DNA of 64,000 nucleotides from a virus, in the IMG/VR virus record IMGVR_UViG_3300038393_001317. One strand, given 5' to 3'. Below are positions 60,915 to 64,000 of this stretch, piece by piece. Under the pieces are notes generated by a model, which worked only from the letters and a program-made list of their open reading frames with translations, was not told the origin of the DNA and searched no databases. A program made the translations under genes and the position numbers. How positions within the stretch are numbered: position 1 is the first letter of the stretch; each line of letters opens with the position of its first letter.

Positions 60915-61448
60915 TCAGAACAACCGGAGCTGACGCAGTGCCGGCGTGACGCAGGGCGCCAGGCCGAAGCGGACGACGGACTTGTTGTCGCGAAGCGCCG
61001 AGATGATCAGCTCGGCGTCGTCCAGGGTGAAGGGCGCCGTCGACGTTCGCAGCTCGCCGCCCGCCATGAAGCGGATGCGCCGGCGCGCCAGGCATGCGAG
61101 CTTGACCGGCGCCGTGCCCTTCGCGTTCTTGCCCTTCATGAACTCGTACTCGCGGTTCTTGCACGAGACGCAGTGCATGCCGCCGATCAGGCGCGGTGCC
61201 GGCCGGTGGCATCGCGAGCAGACCTTGGAGCCGGCCAGGCTCGAGGTCGACGCGTCAGCCTCGCCGGCGTGCAGGGCGCCCAGTGGGCAGCGCCGGCATG
61301 ACTCGCGGGCCTGGTCCCCGCATCCTGGGCCGTTGCTGGCGCGCCACATACCGGCGCACGAGCTCGTGCTCAACCTGGCCTTGAGGTGCTGGCAATCGAA
61401 GTAGAGGACGCCAGGCGTCAGCTCGATGGAATGGTACTCAACCTGCAT
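60915..61448 (-). CDS. Cys-rich protein (177 aa), first gene of the - strand early operon
   Basis: CRRCP...CSRCH...CVSCKN; starts next to the AT-rich control region. Confidence 0.65.
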   Translation of the reverse strand: MQVEYHSIELTPGVLYFDCQHLKARLSTSSCAGMWRASNGPGCGDQARESCRRCPLGALHAGEADASTSSLAGSKVCSRCHRPAPRLIGGMHCVSCKNREYEFMKGKNAKGTAPVKLACLARRRIRFMAGGELRTSTAPFTLDDAELIISALRDNKSVVRFGLAPCVTPALRQLRLF

Positions 61449-61734
61449 AAGAGTCCCCCCGGATATATGCGGCTGAGGCGGGATTCTATGGTTGCGCTGA
61501 AATCATGCTGATACTTTACATTCTGTAACCAACAGTCGCCCTAGTCCGACAAAGGACCATCAGCGGCGTCCTACAAATCCGTGGTTTCCCGGCCACGAGC
61601 TGTTCTGGTTGGGCGGTTTGGGCTTGGTTGAGGCCGGCGGTTTTGGAAAAAGTCCTTTGTAATCAACGCTCTCTACTACTACCAAAACCAAAAAACCTAG
61701 ATTTAGATAGATAGATACATAGCAGGAGAGGTCT

Positions 61735-61768
61735 ACATATATTCACAATAATTGTGTTTAATATATGT
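61735..61768. repeat. nested palindrome ACATATAT-TCACAATAATTGTGTTTA-ATATATGT
   Basis: Outer arms 61735-42 / 61761-68; inner CACAAT-A-ATTGTG at 61744-56. Confidence 0.7.
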
Positions 61769-61841
61769 ATAGGGGAGAGTAGGAGGGATATGATTCGCAG
61801 CCCAGCAGACGGTTTTTCGGTTTTGGACCGGCTAACTGCCT

Positions 61842-61857
61842 GTCGTGATTCGATAAT
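61842..61857 (+). promoter_or_regulatory. GTCGTGAT-TC-GATAAT box on + strand upstream of + gene
   Basis: + strand ctGTCGTGATTCGATAATcgg. Confidence 0.45.
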
Positions 61858-61915
61858 CGGAAAACCGGCATCCCACCGGAATCCAACCCAAAACCGAAAA
61901 CCAGCCCCGGAATAT

Positions 61916-62587
61916 ATGGACCAGGACACCCTATTAAGAGTGCGACGCGCCGTCATGGCCCTCACGGCCAAGGAAAACGGTCAGTCGGTGCTTATCAGAT
62001 GCGACACCTCTGCCGCGCAACAAATAAGCGCTGAGGTACACCGATTCGCCCGATCGCGTGACCTGGGCGTCGCCCTGGCCGACGAGGACACCGGCGTTCG
62101 CGTGACGCGCGACGACTCCAGGAAGGGCGCGCCGGCCAGCCGCTACGCGCCGATGGACAACCTCGAGGTGGGTGACTCGCACGTGTTCGAGGTGCCGCTC
62201 GAGGACCACTACAAGGTCCGCCAGGCCGCCAGCACGCGCATGAAAACGTCGGCCGGCAAGAAATTCCGGTGCGAGCGAGAAGGCAACGGAATCCGGGTCA
62301 CGCGCCTGCCCGACGACGCCACGATCAGCGCGGGCCGGCCGCGTCGCCACAGCATCAACCTGGGCGCCCTAGACACCCACCAGGCCGTCGCGTTCGCCGG
62401 CTACGACATGCACAGCGCCGTGCGCACCGCGGCGTCGCAGTGGGCCTACCGCCACAACTGGGTACTGCACACGCGAATCGTGGGCGACACGATCACCGTG
62501 TACCGCCTCGACAACCTCGAGGTGTTCCGCGGCATCGACCAGGTGAACAACGGCCTCAACCAAATCCTGGCCGCCAGGGCCGGCTGA
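61916..62587 (+). CDS. hypothetical protein (223 aa; alternative start ATG 61790)
   Basis: Lone + gene between two - strand operons. The 5' portion uses rare A/T-ending codons (CTA TTA AGA ATA). Followed by a + strand terminator. Confidence 0.65.
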   Translation: MDQDTLLRVRRAVMALTAKENGQSVLIRCDTSAAQQISAEVHRFARSRDLGVALADEDTGVRVTRDDSRKGAPASRYAPMDNLEVGDSHVFEVPLEDHYKVRQAASTRMKTSAGKKFRCEREGNGIRVTRLPDDATISAGRPRRHSINLGALDTHQAVAFAGYDMHSAVRTAASQWAYRHNWVLHTRIVGDTITVYRLDNLEVFRGIDQVNNGLNQILAARAG

Positions 62588-62663
62588 GGTATAGTCGCGC
62601 CAGGTCTGGATGACGGCGCGCGCTCAAGACGGACCTCATAAATGTCCACGAGCGCGCCGCGAG

Positions 62664-62686
62664 ACCCGCCCCTGCCGGCGGGTTTT
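62664..62686 (+). terminator. intrinsic terminator of the + gene
   Basis: ACCCGCC-CCTGCC-GGCGGGT followed by TTT. Confidence 0.55.
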
Positions 62687-62691
62687 GCGTT

Positions 62692-63012
62692 TCAGCGCGT
62701 CGCCTCGGCAACGATCGCCGCGAGCCTGGTCTTGAGCCCTCTGGGCACGACGCCGGTCGCCAACGCCATCTGGACCTGGGCCAGGACCTCGACCGGTACC
62801 AGCGCCATCATGGTCTCGGGCTCGAGCTCGATCGGCGGCGAGTTGCGCGGAAGCCGGTAGCACGCGAAGCGGCCGAAATGCTTCTGGGCGCGGTGCACGC
62901 TGTCGCGTCGCTCGGGCCCCAGCTTGAACGCCGGCGGATGCTCGAACCTCGGCTGAGGGTTGTAGCCGTTGTAATTCGTCGCCACCGTGATGATGAAGTC
63001 AGGTTTCGCCAT
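62692..63012 (-). CDS. hypothetical protein (106 aa)
   Basis: Normal composition; overlaps the upstream gene end. Confidence 0.6.
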   Translation of the reverse strand: MAKPDFIITVATNYNGYNPQPRFEHPPAFKLGPERRDSVHRAQKHFGRFACYRLPRNSPPIELEPETMMALVPVEVLAQVQMALATGVVPRGLKTRLAAIVAEATR

Positions 63013-63262
63013 GCTCGCGCCTCCAGGCCGCCAGGGCTTCGCGGCCGCGGTCCGTTATGGTCTCGCCGATGTTGCGGACGTTCTCCCAGCTCAGGGGACC
63101 GTCGGCCACCTTGATGAACACCCAGGTCGACCAGCCCAGGCGCATGCAGTGAAAGCCGGTCGCGCCCCTGGGCCGGCCGTTGACGATTCCCTCGCGCTCG
63201 AGCCGGGCCAGCCAGGCGGCGCGCGCCGGCGTGACCACGGGCCAGATCGCGCGCTGTGTCAT
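62999..63262 (-). CDS. hypothetical protein (87 aa)
   Basis: Start trimmed to ATG 63262 (ATGA overlap). Confidence 0.55.
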   Translation of the reverse strand: MTQRAIWPVVTPARAAWLARLEREGIVNGRPRGATGFHCMRLGWSTWVFIKVADGPLSWENVRNIGETITDRGREALAAWRREHGET

Positions 63263-63540
63263 TGCACTCGGTTCTGAATGCGGTACGCGGCGTTGAGCAC
63301 GTCGCGCGCCACGTTGCGCCGCATCTCGCGGCCGCGATCGCCGGCCAGGACGGCCCACTGCCTGAGCTCGAGCGCCGAGCTGTTGATGAACGCCTGGTTC
63401 GCGCGCTCGCCGACCTCGGTCTCGAACGTGCCGCGGCGGCGCCTGGCATCGAGGTGAGCGACGGCGACCTGCTCGATGCGTGTCCAGTCGCTGCGCGACC
63501 AGAACCAGGGCGGCGGCGCGCGGTGCACGATGCGGGTCAT
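63259..63540 (-). CDS. hypothetical protein (93 aa)
   Basis: ATGA-type overlaps at both ends. Confidence 0.55.
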   Translation of the reverse strand: MTRIVHRAPPPWFWSRSDWTRIEQVAVAHLDARRRRGTFETEVGERANQAFINSSALELRQWAVLAGDRGREMRRNVARDVLNAAYRIQNRVQ

Positions 63541-63857
63541 GATGCCTTCGCCTTGTCGATCGCGTTGACCTGGGCGCGCACCTTCGGCGGGATATTCGTG
63601 CTCACGAAGCGCCGGCCGACCTCGTGCCAGGACTGCATGAACCCATGCCGGCGAATCGCGGCCGACAGCGCCATGCGACAGCCAGGCGGGCCGCCGTTGC
63701 TCGAGTAATTGCCGGCGCGCGGGAAGTGCTCGGCCGGGAACACAGCATGCTCGAGGTCCACGAAATGCACGGTGAACTCGCCGGCCGCGCGTTGCTCGAG
63801 CAGGTAGCGCGCGATGCGCACGGCGATGGGCTCGACCTTGGCTCGAGGGCTTCTCAT
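63537..63857 (-). CDS. hypothetical protein (106 aa)
   Basis: Coupled to its neighbours; normal composition. Confidence 0.55.
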   Translation of the reverse strand: MRSPRAKVEPIAVRIARYLLEQRAAGEFTVHFVDLEHAVFPAEHFPRAGNYSSNGGPPGCRMALSAAIRRHGFMQSWHEVGRRFVSTNIPPKVRAQVNAIDKAKAS

Positions 63858-64000
63858 CGCTTCACCGGCGCCAGGGCCGCCATGACGATGCGCCCGTGAT
63901 GCTGCACGGACTTCTGGAGCTCCAGGCGCGCGTCGTGCAGCGCCTCGGCGCGCCTGGTCATCTCCGCGGGCTGGGCCGTCAGCACGGCGCCGGCGGCCGC
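63854..64000 (-). CDS. hypothetical protein, partial (5' end beyond window)
   Basis: Hand translation is open from 64000 to TGA 63856-63854: AAAGAVLTAQPAEMTRRAEALHDARLELQKSVQHHGRIVMAALAPVKR. Confidence 0.45.
   Translation of the reverse strand, partial: AAAGAVLTAQPAEMTRRAEALHDARLELQKSVQHHGRIVMAALAPVKR

Larger units (their letters stand above)
61449..61915. promoter_or_regulatory. AT-rich divergent control region with iteron-like repeats, palindromes and ATATAT boxes (origin and/or operator region)
   Basis: GGTTTTGG at 61639-46 and 61819-26. CCAAAACC at 61682-89 and 61888-95. CGAAAACC at 61895-902. CGGAAAACCGG at 61858-68. TAGA-type run at 61698-722. ATATAT at about 61463, 61737, 61761 and 61912. 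No convincing ORF. Confidence 0.6.

Noticed and set aside
1-64000. Prophage boundaries, integrase, attachment sites, transposases, tRNA/rRNA genes
   Set aside because: None recognised by eye on either strand. The window alone cannot show whether this is a free phage genome or an integrated prophage.

Overview
GC-rich (by eye about two-thirds G+C; not computed) 64-kb stretch that reads as most of a tailed-phage or prophage genome with a contractile-tail (myovirus-type) structural module. Nearly all genes are on the - strand. In order: (64000->53000) small early/regulatory genes (DPPY DNA methyltransferase, HTH proteins, Zn-ribbon proteins, HAD deoxynucleotidase, small membrane proteins); terS-terL (52964->50209); a 3.4-kb inverted + strand block (45460-48835); portal (45368->43611); an 18.7-kb run of enzyme 'cargo' genes (43614->24935: RelA/SpoT-like protein, MuF, PP-loop/PAPS-reductase-like, TGT-like+PPase-like, 2157-aa NPPY methyltransferase+SNF2 helicase, 1525-aa helicase); protease-scaffold-major capsid (24381->21207); a SAM-methyltransferase/DUF115 fusion and a 1959-aa modular repeat protein; connector genes; and sheath-tube-frameshifted chaperone-tape measure-hub-spike (8778->1). 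Most notable findings: (i) a strand-specific GTCGTGAC-N2-nAnnnT box in 17 copies, 7 of them placed so the start codon is the predicted +1 (leaderless); (ii) the cargo block, with a shared N-terminal LLKxHVxGYxKKDGTxV leader on three of its genes and weaker variants on three more; (iii) a 710-nt ORF-free structured region with its own box and terminators (candidate ncRNAs); (iv) a +1/-2 recoding site on an A7 run in the tail chaperone; (v) an AT-rich iteron/palindrome control region at 61.45-61.9 kb. By eye I found no rRNA, tRNA, CRISPR array, integrase or transposase. Functions come from motifs I recognise and from gene order, with no database searches. The long + strand ORFs opposite the big - strand genes are antisense shadows.
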